Origin: Promethearchaeota archaeon
Lineage (GTDB): Archaea > Asgardarchaeota > Lokiarchaeia > Sigyniarchaeales > SOKP01
Length of the DNA stretch: 44,635 bases
Direction: 5' to 3'
NCBI GenBank assembly: GCA_004524535.1
Contig: SDNY01000014.1
Coordinates: forward strand, 1 to 44,635
The notes under the pieces are model-generated. The model was not told the DNA's origin and ran no database searches. It saw nothing but the letters and a program-made list of their open reading frames with translations. The translations under genes and the position numbers were made by a program. Of this stretch, positions 18,186-27,316 are shown in pieces (within the stretch, counting starts at the first letter, position 1; the number at the start of each line of letters is the position of its first letter).

Positions 18186-18647
18186 ATGGATTATAAAACT
18201 CAAAATAAAGAATATGAAACTGCCATACAAACTCTATTACGAGGGCAATCTTGGAATGAGAGGGCAGATGCAGCAAGACAATTAGGGAAATTTCAAGACG
18301 CAAGAGCAACTAATATTTTAGCTAGAGCTTTAAATTCAGAAAAAGATGAAATTGTTATCAATCAAATTATTGAAGCGATGGGCAAAATAAAGGATGCTAA
18401 GGCTACAATGCTAATCATTGATTTTTTAAAGAAAGAATTAGAACTCCCAGAAGAAAAACAAAATAAGAATAGATTGTTTTTAATTATAGAAAGTTTGATG
18501 AAGATTGGAGACAAAAGAGCCCTAGAACATTTAGGTGTATTATTTAATTCTTGCTATACTGATATTAGAGAATTAACTGAACAAGCCTTTCAATGTATTG
18601 ATCCTAATTGGAAGGAAAATCTCAAAAATATAAAGAATAATAAATAA
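18186..18647 (+). CDS. HEAT/PBS-lyase repeat protein
   Basis: Repeats RADAARQLGKFQDARA, IIEAMGKIKDAKA and IIESLMKIGDKRA. Confidence 0.82.
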   Translation: MDYKTQNKEYETAIQTLLRGQSWNERADAARQLGKFQDARATNILARALNSEKDEIVINQIIEAMGKIKDAKATMLIIDFLKKELELPEEKQNKNRLFLIIESLMKIGDKRALEHLGVLFNSCYTDIRELTEQAFQCIDPNWKENLKNIKNNK

Positions 18648-18693
18648 TTGTATTAATTAAAAATAAGAAATCTCAAAAAAAGGATAAAAGCAA

Positions 18694-19011
18694 ATGTCGG
18701 ATAAAGAGTTAATTGCAACCTTAAATACGAAAGTAGAGGGCGAGAATAAGTCAAAAGATATCCAAATTTTCACGCTCTCAACTTGCATGTGGTGTAAGAA
18801 AACAAAGCGTTACTTAAACGATAATGATGTAGAATATAGTTACATTGATATGGATAAGATTCAATATGCTCAAAAGAAGCAAATTTTAGATTTTCTTAAG
18901 GCAACATATAAGGAAAGAATATCCTATCCATTTCTCATTTGTGATGGTAAGGCTATAGTGGGATATAATCCTGAAAAATATGATAAAATGCTAAAATCTG
19001 GAGCTGATTAA
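18694..19011 (+). CDS. Glutaredoxin/NrdH-like redoxin
   Basis: TLSTCMWCKKTK...SYP...IVGY. Confidence 0.88.
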   Translation: MSDKELIATLNTKVEGENKSKDIQIFTLSTCMWCKKTKRYLNDNDVEYSYIDMDKIQYAQKKQILDFLKATYKERISYPFLICDGKAIVGYNPEKYDKMLKSGAD

Positions 19012-19012
19012 A

Positions 19013-19378
19013 ATGAATATGGAAACAAAAGAAGGAATGATTGAATATTGTAAGATGGTTTGTAAGAAAAATAACTGGATTTTAAATAAGGACGAAGTAA
19101 TATTCAATGATTTAATTGATGGATTAGTTTCTAATAAAAAAGAGTATGGTTATCAATCTTGTCCTTGTCGACTTGCATCGGGTAACAGAGACCTTGATAG
19201 AGATTTAATATGTCCTTGTGACTATGCCCCTCCTGATGTAAAAGAATTTAAAGCGTGTTATTGTAACTTATATTTGCATCCAGATTTTTATGACAGTGGG
19301 GTAGTATATGTCTTAGTTCCAGAGAGAAGACCTGAAGATAAGGATAAAGGATTATTAGATTATTTTAGTCAACAATAA
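19013..19378 (+). CDS. Ferredoxin:thioredoxin reductase catalytic subunit-like
   Basis: YGYQSCPCR, ICPC and ACYC.LY motifs; directly follows the redoxin. Confidence 0.9.
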   Translation: MNMETKEGMIEYCKMVCKKNNWILNKDEVIFNDLIDGLVSNKKEYGYQSCPCRLASGNRDLDRDLICPCDYAPPDVKEFKACYCNLYLHPDFYDSGVVYVLVPERRPEDKDKGLLDYFSQQ

Positions 19379-19432
19379 GATTAATATTTTATAATCTTAA
19401 TTTTTTAATACTTTACTTTCTCATTGTTAATT

Positions 19433-19588
19433 ATGACTGATAAAGATTTAACTGATCAAGAATTAGAAGAAGAGCTTGATAAGGCTTTTAAAGAAAATGA
19501 GACTAAGAGAGATCAATGTGGTACGGCACTTCCCGGTTCTAGAGAAGTTGGAGTTCAACGAGATAATGTAAAACTAAAAAAGAAATAA
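19433..19588 (+). CDS. Small hypothetical protein (51 aa; absent from ORF track)
   Basis: MTDKDLTDQELEEELDKAFKENETKRDQCGTALPGSREVGVQRDNVKLKKK; coding-like composition, followed by a T-run. Confidence 0.55.
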   Translation: MTDKDLTDQELEEELDKAFKENETKRDQCGTALPGSREVGVQRDNVKLKKK

Positions 19589-19662
19589 TTCTTTTTTTTC
19601 TCTATTTTAATTTTTCATGATTTCATATGCTTTTACATGCTATATTCCAAAATTTATACTTT

Positions 19663-19806
19663 TTAATCTAAGATTTTTAATTTACTCTTTGCTCCAATTG
19701 CGTTAAATTCACTAAGGTTTGCCTTTATATCTTTACCAATTAGAGCATTAACAATACTTGCAGCCAATATATCCCAGAAACATATTGAATAAATAATCTT
19801 ATTCAC
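19663..19806 (-). pseudogene. Probable gene remnant (47 codons)
   Basis: Open frame VNKIIYSICFWDILAASIVNALIGKDIKANLSEFNAIGAKSKLKILD reads like a protein C-terminus; no clear RBS. Confidence 0.35.
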
Positions 19807-19950
19807 GATTTTTTAAATCTGTTATTTAATAATTTGAAATTTTTTTCGAATTATATTTAAGTATATTGATTAAAACCAATATATTTTAATAGGACTAGAA
19901 ATTTGTAGATAAAGATATGTATTAATTAATTTTAAAAGGTGAAAGAATAA

Positions 19951-21537
19951 ATGGATAAAGATCTTTATGATATTGTCATAATAGGGGCAGGCCCAGGTGG
20001 TTATCATGCGGCTATTCGTGCAGCTCAATATGATGCAAAGGTAGCTTTAATTGAAAAAGAAAAAGTTGGAGGAACATGTTTAAATCGAGGGTGTATTCCA
20101 ACAAAGGCATTATTTAGTTCTTCAAAATTAATTGAAAATATTGATCGTCATGCAAAGAGTTTTGGGGTTGATATCCTTGGAGAGATAAAACCAAATTTCC
20201 AAAATGCTGTAGGACGTAAAAACTTAATCGTAAAAGAATTAATTAGTGGTATTGAAGCATTAATAAAGCAAAGAAAAATTGATTTATTCTATGGTTCGGG
20301 CCGGATTATTGAAGGTTCCAAAAACTCTAATTTTTTAATCGAAGTTAAGAATAAAGACACCACGCAAATTATGGCTAAACGTATCATTATAGCTACGGGT
20401 TCAAGACCAGCTCTTATTTCATCCTTTAATATTGATCATGAATTCATTTTGACTAGTGATGATGTTCTTGCTGAAGATTTTATCAGAGTTCCAAACTCAA
20501 TTTTAATTATTGGAGGTGGTGTTATTGGATGTGAATTTGCTAATATTTTTCGGAGATTCGGTTCTAATGTAACCATTCTCGAATATTTACCAAGTATAAT
20601 TGCTATAGAAGAACCATTAATTGTGCGGGAACTTAAGAAAAAACTCAATATCATGGGAATTAAAATCTTTGAGAATACAAATATTTTAAGAATTGAAAAA
20701 TTTAATTCTAAAGTAAGAGCAATTACTTGTAATTCTAAATTAACTCCTGAAGAAATTGAGTCCGCAGAAAAACAAATTTATGAAGCAGATCTTTGTCTAG
20801 TTTCTATTGGGAGAAAACCATGTATCGAAGATCTTGGATTAGAAAATACAAAAATAATAACTAGTAAAGGGCGGATAAGTGTAAATACAAATACTTTAGA
20901 AACAAATGAAGAAGGAATTTACGCTATAGGAGATGTTACTGGCGGTGTTATGCTAGCACACGTAGCGAGTTATGAAGGTGATATTGCTGTCTTTAATGCA
21001 CTTAGTAGTATTGGAGGATTCGAAACATTTCCAGTTGTAGCAGATTATTCAGTGATTCCTGCCTCAATTTTTACAGCATTTGAAATTGGGTCCGTAGGAT
21101 ATAAATCAAAATTCCTAGAAGATAGAGGTATAAAAATCAGAACAGGAAAATTTGGGTATGCTTCATCAGGAAAAGCAAAATGTATGGGTGAAGATGAGGG
21201 CTTTTTAATGATAATTACAGATGAAAATACAGATGATATCTTAGGGGCCTCTTGTATTGGTGTTTCTGCACCTGAACTAATTGCAGAGATTGCTCTAGCA
21301 ATGAAGAATGGGTTAAATATACATGATATAACTAATACTGTCCACAGCCATCCTACATTGTCCGAAATGGTTTTAGAGGCTGCAGAGGATGTCTATGGAC
21401 TTTCAATTCATAGAGCTAGAAGGAGAATTAAACAAAAATTAGATCTTAAAGAAGATATGATCCGACAATTTACCCAGAGTGAAAATTTGAAGAAAATAGG
21501 GATTATTTCATTAGAACCTTTGCAGACTGCAAAATAA
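19951..21537 (+). CDS. lpdA: Dihydrolipoyl dehydrogenase
   Basis: GAGPGGY, GGTCLNRGCIPTK, GGGVIGCE and HSHPTLSE motifs; C-terminal extension of about 40 aa. Confidence 0.93.
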   Translation: MDKDLYDIVIIGAGPGGYHAAIRAAQYDAKVALIEKEKVGGTCLNRGCIPTKALFSSSKLIENIDRHAKSFGVDILGEIKPNFQNAVGRKNLIVKELISGIEALIKQRKIDLFYGSGRIIEGSKNSNFLIEVKNKDTTQIMAKRIIIATGSRPALISSFNIDHEFILTSDDVLAEDFIRVPNSILIIGGGVIGCEFANIFRRFGSNVTILEYLPSIIAIEEPLIVRELKKKLNIMGIKIFENTNILRIEKFNSKVRAITCNSKLTPEEIESAEKQIYEADLCLVSIGRKPCIEDLGLENTKIITSKGRISVNTNTLETNEEGIYAIGDVTGGVMLAHVASYEGDIAVFNALSSIGGFETFPVVADYSVIPASIFTAFEIGSVGYKSKFLEDRGIKIRTGKFGYASSGKAKCMGEDEGFLMIITDENTDDILGASCIGVSAPELIAEIALAMKNGLNIHDITNTVHSHPTLSEMVLEAAEDVYGLSIHRARRRIKQKLDLKEDMIRQFTQSENLKKIGIISLEPLQTAK

Positions 21538-21639
21538 ATTTTCTATAATTAAATTATTATATTTTTAAATTCCCTATTATCCGATTTCTCTCTTATTTTT
21601 GAGGAATCTTTTTAAAATATGCTATTTAATTCATTAAAT

Positions 21640-22755
21640 TTAATTATTTATGGGTATATTGCCATGATTAAAATATTTAGCATTACCTCTCCCAAAATGA
21701 TTTTTAGTCAAGAAGGCTAGTGTCATTGGTTTATATGGTTTTAAACGACATATAATTGGCTCATCTGCTAAAATATTCAATAATATCTCGTCTGTAATGT
21801 TGGATTTGTATTTTTTATATTGACTATTTAATAGAGATTCGGCATATCTCTGTCTCCTTTTTGAATATTTTTTTTTAATAAGAAACTGTTGATAAGGGTT
21901 TGAAATGAAAGTATTAGATTTCACAATTGTATTCTTAACATCTACTCGATTATGTTTGTTAGGTATGTTTTCTGTTGCAATAATTTTGGAATTATCAGAA
22001 ATTAATAAATTAAAGCTAGCATTCAATGGTGTTTGGATATAAAAAGTATAAAAAGATTCCGCACTTTTAGACAATTCAAGAGCAATGCGTGTTCTTATTG
22101 ATACTGGAATTGAAAATTTACCTTTAATTCTAGTTTTTACTACATTAATATTTACAACTATACCATAACTATTAATCCCAACTGGTAAAGATAACAGAGA
22201 ACCTAATCTTAATGTAAATATATTGGGTTTATTAGGCATTTTAATTAAAACAAATGATAATGAAGATTTAAATGGTATCGCTAAATCAAAATTTTGACCA
22301 ATAATAGTAGATTTATTATTAACTGCTCCAAAAGAAGTACATCCAATATTATAATAGTGTAAAATTAGACTATATATATCATTAGGGATTAAATGACCAT
22401 ATAATAAATCTAAAAAGCAATTTTGTAAAAGAATATCTCTATAATTAATATCTTGTAAGGCATCAGCCATTCCTTGCATTTCTAATTTAAGATGGCTTGG
22501 AATATTTTTTTCATAAATTTCAGCAACATTTTTTAATCGATTATATGCATATCTTTTACGATAATATCTAATTAAAAGTTTTTTTATTAACGCTTGAAAA
22601 TTATAAATTTTTTTTGATAGGAATTCCCCTTGTAATAGTCCTAATTGATAGTGGTTATTAGCGGAAACCTCTAAATATTTTTGATTATTTGAATAATTCC
22701 ATCTTGGATATTCATTTTTATCATTTAAAATAGAATTATCTTTATTCATTTCCAT
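21640..22755 (-). CDS. Peptidase C45 family (Ntn-hydrolase/acyltransferase)
   Basis: EMQGMADA, GCTSFG nucleophile, GQNFD and GINSYG motifs. Confidence 0.85.
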   Translation of the reverse strand: MEMNKDNSILNDKNEYPRWNYSNNQKYLEVSANNHYQLGLLQGEFLSKKIYNFQALIKKLLIRYYRKRYAYNRLKNVAEIYEKNIPSHLKLEMQGMADALQDINYRDILLQNCFLDLLYGHLIPNDIYSLILHYYNIGCTSFGAVNNKSTIIGQNFDLAIPFKSSLSFVLIKMPNKPNIFTLRLGSLLSLPVGINSYGIVVNINVVKTRIKGKFSIPVSIRTRIALELSKSAESFYTFYIQTPLNASFNLLISDNSKIIATENIPNKHNRVDVKNTIVKSNTFISNPYQQFLIKKKYSKRRQRYAESLLNSQYKKYKSNITDEILLNILADEPIICRLKPYKPMTLAFLTKNHFGRGNAKYFNHGNIPINN

Positions 22756-22939
22756 AAAATAACCAATAATATACTTTATTTTATTGAAATATATAATTAA
22801 TATAATCTAAATCTTTTATATTCTTAATACTTATTCAATCATTATTCAATGATTATAAGACATTCATTTAATTTATAAAGATTATATCTTTCAATAATTT
22901 ATTATTAAAGAGGAATTTTTGTTATTTTAGGTTATTTCA

Positions 22940-23914
22940 ATGAAAGAGAGAATAAAAGGAAGAAAGAACTTTCCTACTGAAGAAGTAGATCCAGATAATT
23001 TCATTCCAGATGATGAGATAAGAAATATGGTTAAAAATATTGAAAATATCAAATTTAACCAAGAAGACTTCTTTAAACTTTATAATTGCGTTCAATGCGG
23101 AGAATGTGAGACTGAAAAGGATCGCCTTTCGTTAAGGCAAAAATTTATAGAAGATGGGAATGTTTTTGAAGGAACCAACGAAATTTTAGAGAATTTTGAG
23201 AAATTTCGATCTCCTTATCCAACAAATAAGATGCGTATAAAAATACCAGATGGTATACCTAAAACTTCAGATACACTGTTTTTTATGGGGTGTCTCTCAA
23301 CTATTAGAATTCCTAGATACACTGAACATGCCCTTCAATATTTACTTAAACAAAAGGTTGATTTTACAATTTTAGATACTGAAATCTGCTGTGGATGGCA
23401 TTTGTTGGCAAGTGGATTTAAACGAGAATTTGAAATTTGCATAAAGGAAAACTTAGAAATCTTAAAAAAATTTAAAAAAATCATTTGTCTCTGCCCAGCA
23501 TGCTATTATTTATTCACTACTTTTTATAAACAAGAAGATATTGAAATTGAATATGCAATTGATTATTTAAAACCTTCAGAAACAAAAAAAGAAGGAAAAA
23601 TTGGCATTCAGCATCCGTGTCATTTAATATTCCGAGAAAGAGAAGATATAAAGAAATTTGTTTGTAATACTTTAGAAAAAAGTGGTTATAAAATAGTAGA
23701 TGTTCCGCATTGGTGCTGTGGAGGTGGAATAGGATGGATGGGAAGAACAGATGTGATTCATGGGATTGCTAGAAAACGGATGGAAGATTTCAATAAAGAA
23801 AATATTGATTACGTAACAACCTATTGCGTAAGTTGTTGGTGGATTCTAAGAAGATATAGCAAATTGTGTAAGATTCACCCAAAAGCAAAAGATATTTTTG
23901 AATTATTACTATAG
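22940..23914 (+). CDS. CCG-domain Fe-S oxidoreductase (HdrD/GlcF-like)
   Basis: CVQCGEC; FMGC...ICCG...CPAC; HPCH...WCCGGG...YCVSC. Confidence 0.85.
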   Translation: MKERIKGRKNFPTEEVDPDNFIPDDEIRNMVKNIENIKFNQEDFFKLYNCVQCGECETEKDRLSLRQKFIEDGNVFEGTNEILENFEKFRSPYPTNKMRIKIPDGIPKTSDTLFFMGCLSTIRIPRYTEHALQYLLKQKVDFTILDTEICCGWHLLASGFKREFEICIKENLEILKKFKKIICLCPACYYLFTTFYKQEDIEIEYAIDYLKPSETKKEGKIGIQHPCHLIFREREDIKKFVCNTLEKSGYKIVDVPHWCCGGGIGWMGRTDVIHGIARKRMEDFNKENIDYVTTYCVSCWWILRRYSKLCKIHPKAKDIFELLL

Positions 23915-23927
23915 TGCGAAATTTTTA

Positions 23928-24779
23928 TTACAGAAGTTTTGGGACATCCCAAGGCAAATCTGCAATAAGAGCTCCAGCATCCTTAAGTGCTTTTATCTTC
24001 CCTTGAGCAGTTCCAAAACTGCCTGATGATATAATTGCACCAGCATGACCCATCCTTTTACCCTCCGGAGCACTTTTTCCAGCAATATAAGCTATGACTG
24101 GTTTAGAGACGTGATCTTTTATATATTCGGCAGTTTTTTCTTCCTCATTACTTCCAATTTCGCCTATAAGAACGATTTTTTTAGTATTAGAATCATTAGA
24201 ATAATACTCTACAGCTTCAACCATCGTTTTTCCTCGTACAGAATCTCCCCCAATACCAATATAAGCAGATACTCCAATTCCTGCATTTCCTATAGCTTTT
24301 GTAATTTCATAAGAAAGTGTTCCACTTTTAGATATAACTGCAACATTCCCATAATGACACATATCACTCGGCATAATACCTAATTTGATTTTATCAGGAA
24401 TCATCATACCAGGGCAATTAGGGCCGACAATGTCTAGTTTCCCTTCATGAGCGATTTCCAGGAGTTTTATCATATCCAAAACAGGCACATTTTCTGTGAT
24501 AATACAAACTAATTTTATTCCGGCATATAAACTTTCTTTAGTAGCTTCAAATGCAAATCTAGCAGGAACGAACATAATACTTATATCGCAACCTGTTTCA
24601 TCAACAGCATCTTTCACACTATTAAATACTGGAACACCATGTATTTTTTGTCCCCCTTTTTTTGGCACAACACCCGCCACGATGTTAGTTCCATAATCTA
24701 ACATCAATTTTGTATGGAATGCCCCTTGGTTTCCAGTTATACCTTGAACAAGCACTTTTGAGTTTTCACTGATATTCAT
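23928..24779 (-). CDS. sucD: Succinyl-CoA ligase alpha subunit
   Basis: VQGITG, GPNCPG, SKSGTLSYE and phospho-His motif RMGHAGA. Confidence 0.96.
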   Translation of the reverse strand: MNISENSKVLVQGITGNQGAFHTKLMLDYGTNIVAGVVPKKGGQKIHGVPVFNSVKDAVDETGCDISIMFVPARFAFEATKESLYAGIKLVCIITENVPVLDMIKLLEIAHEGKLDIVGPNCPGMMIPDKIKLGIMPSDMCHYGNVAVISKSGTLSYEITKAIGNAGIGVSAYIGIGGDSVRGKTMVEAVEYYSNDSNTKKIVLIGEIGSNEEEKTAEYIKDHVSKPVIAYIAGKSAPEGKRMGHAGAIISSGSFGTAQGKIKALKDAGALIADLPWDVPKLL

Positions 24780-25901
24780 TTAAGCTAAGACCTCCTTTAC
24801 CTTATTTACAGCGTCCATAACATCTTTAAAAACATTAATTCCTTCATTTTTTAAAAGTTCGATCCCTTCAGCTTCATTAGTCCCAATCAACCGGATTACT
24901 ATTGGAGGTGCTTCAGTAAAATCCTTTAGAGCTTGAATTATAGCTTCTGCGACAATATCACAACGAGTAATTCCCCCAAAAATATTAATAAGCACACATC
25001 GTGGTTTTAATTTAAAAATTAAATCAAGAGCTTTATAAACCCTCTCTTTGCTTGCGCCACCTCCAACATCTAAAAAATTTGCGGGTTTTAAATCTAATTG
25101 AGACAGAACATCTAACAATGCCATAGTCAAACCCGCGCCATTAGCTAAAATTCCAATATCACCATCCAATTCTACAAAGGAAAATCCTGCTTCTACTGCA
25201 ATTTTTTCAAAGTCAGATAATTTTTTATCGAGGTAGTTTTGGATTATTGGCTGTCTAAATGCCGCATTATCATCAAGTATCATCTTACCATCAACAGCAA
25301 TTAAACCCTTAGGAGTTAATACAAGGGGATTTATCTCAACTAAGTGTGCTTCTATCTTTACTGTAATGTCCCATAATTTTTGAAATATTTTAATTGCCGA
25401 TTCTAAGAGATCTCCTGAAAAACCAATTTTCTCCCCAACTTCTTTAGCGATTTCATTTGTCAATCCTTCTTTATAAGAGAAATTGCTTTTAATAATTGCT
25501 TCGGGATTATTCTTAGCAACATCTTCTATATCTATCCCGCCTTCTTTACTAGCGATTAAGTAAAACTTTCTTTCAGAGGCGTCTAAAGCTATTGAACAAT
25601 AATATTCTTGCTCAATATCGGCTAATTCCTCAATTAAAATTGCTTCAACATTGAATCCCGCAACAACTCGTTTGAAATACTCTTTACATAAGAAAATTGC
25701 CTCTTCTTTAGTTCGGACAATTTTTATTAAGCCTGCTTTCTTCCTACTTCCAATAGCAATCTGAGATTTAACAATTGCTGGGAAAGAGAACTGATTTACT
25801 TTCTCACTAATATTATCGTTTTTATTAATAAGTATGCTATTTGCAAGTGGAATTCCAAACTTTCGAAACACATCCTTACTTTCATATTCAAGTAATCGAA
25901 T
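24780..25901 (-). CDS. sucC: Succinyl-CoA ligase beta subunit, apparent ATT start
   Basis: VKSQ...GSRKKAG, EINPL, NGAGL, PANFLDVGGG and NIFGGITRCD. The frame extends upstream of the track's GTG as (I)RLLEYESKDVF to the ATT at 25901, with AGGAG upstream. Confidence 0.95.
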   Translation of the reverse strand: MRLLEYESKDVFRKFGIPLANSILINKNDNISEKVNQFSFPAIVKSQIAIGSRKKAGLIKIVRTKEEAIFLCKEYFKRVVAGFNVEAILIEELADIEQEYYCSIALDASERKFYLIASKEGGIDIEDVAKNNPEAIIKSNFSYKEGLTNEIAKEVGEKIGFSGDLLESAIKIFQKLWDITVKIEAHLVEINPLVLTPKGLIAVDGKMILDDNAAFRQPIIQNYLDKKLSDFEKIAVEAGFSFVELDGDIGILANGAGLTMALLDVLSQLDLKPANFLDVGGGASKERVYKALDLIFKLKPRCVLINIFGGITRCDIVAEAIIQALKDFTEAPPIVIRLIGTNEAEGIELLKNEGINVFKDVMDAVNKVKEVLA

Positions 25902-26088
25902 ATTTAACGTCTCCTAAATTGAATTAAATATTTAATTTTATGTTCTAACATATAATTAAAATTCATTGAATTATATATTTCTAATAGATTATAATTGCCA
26001 CATCTTAAATAATAAATGACTTATTGAAACATAAATTAATATAGATTAAAAAAATTAAAGATAAATTTTTGTAAAGGTTTTCATTGAA

Positions 26089-27282
26089 ATGAGCGAAAAG
26101 ATTGAAAAAGCGAAAATACATTTCGAAAATCTTATTATAGAACAATTAAAAAGAATTGAGAGATTGAAAAATGAAAGAGATTGGATTGAGTATTCAGCTC
26201 TCAAACCTATTATAATTGGTATTATTGGTGGAGATGGAATAGGGCCAATAATTTCTAAACATGCTAAAAATATTCTTCTATTTATCTTAAATGATGAAAT
26301 AAAAAATAATCAGGTTGAAATAAGAGAAATTGAAGGTTTAACAATTGAAAATAGAGCAAAAGTTATGAAAGCTATCCCTGATGACGTGCTTGAAGAAATA
26401 AAACAATGTCATGTTTTATTAAAAGGTCCTACAACAACCCCTCGAAAGGGAGATAAATGGCCAAACATAGAAAGTGCAAATGTTTCAATGCGTCGAGAAT
26501 TAGATCTTTTTGCAAATGTCCGTCCTGTAAAGGTTCCGGAAAAAAATATAGATTGGATGTTTTTTCGAGAAAATACAGAGGGTGCTTATGTACTTGGCTC
26601 AAAAGGAATTAATATAGATAATGATTTAGCCATAGATTTTAAAGTGATTACTACTCAAGGGGCTGAACGTATAATTCGTTTAGCATTTGATTATGCTAAG
26701 AAAAATAATATTAATAAAGTGACTGTTGTTACCAAAGCAAATGTTGTAAAAACGACAGATGGAAAATTTTTATCCATTGCTGAAGATATTTCTAAAGAAT
26801 ATCCTGAAGTGGATTGGGACGATTGGTATATTGATATTATGACTGCTAAATTAATTGATCCCGCACGTCAGAGTCAATTTAAAGTAATTGTTGCTCCAAA
26901 TTTATATGGTGATATAATTACAGATGAGGCAGCCCAAATGCAAGGAGGTGTTGGAACTGCGGGAAGTGCTAATATTGGAAAGCATTATGCAATGTTTGAA
27001 GCAATTCATGGATCAGCACCTCGAATGGTTGAAGAAGGAAGAGCAATTTATGCAGATCCATCAAGTTTAATAAGAGCAGTAATTATGATGTTAAATCATA
27101 TAGGTTTCCAAAAAAAAGCTAAGAAATTAGAAATGGCACTTGATATTTGTGGAATTTATGAGAAGAAAGTGGTTTTAACGGGTCGATCTAACGGGAGTAC
27201 AGGTGATGAATATTCAAAATATATAATGAACACCCTCCAAGATTCAAAATTAGAAGAAAAATGGAATAAATATCAAAATTAA
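26089..27282 (+). CDS. icd: Isocitrate/isopropylmalate dehydrogenase family, probably isocitrate dehydrogenase
   Basis: GDGIGP, LKGPTTTP, SANV.MRRELDLFANVRP, NLYGDI.TD and EAIHGSAP motifs; operon with fumC and aconitase. Confidence 0.8.
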   Translation: MSEKIEKAKIHFENLIIEQLKRIERLKNERDWIEYSALKPIIIGIIGGDGIGPIISKHAKNILLFILNDEIKNNQVEIREIEGLTIENRAKVMKAIPDDVLEEIKQCHVLLKGPTTTPRKGDKWPNIESANVSMRRELDLFANVRPVKVPEKNIDWMFFRENTEGAYVLGSKGINIDNDLAIDFKVITTQGAERIIRLAFDYAKKNNINKVTVVTKANVVKTTDGKFLSIAEDISKEYPEVDWDDWYIDIMTAKLIDPARQSQFKVIVAPNLYGDIITDEAAQMQGGVGTAGSANIGKHYAMFEAIHGSAPRMVEEGRAIYADPSSLIRAVIMMLNHIGFQKKAKKLEMALDICGIYEKKVVLTGRSNGSTGDEYSKYIMNTLQDSKLEEKWNKYQN

Positions 27283-27316
27283 TAAATTATTTTAAATGAA
27301 AAATGGGCGATTTTAA

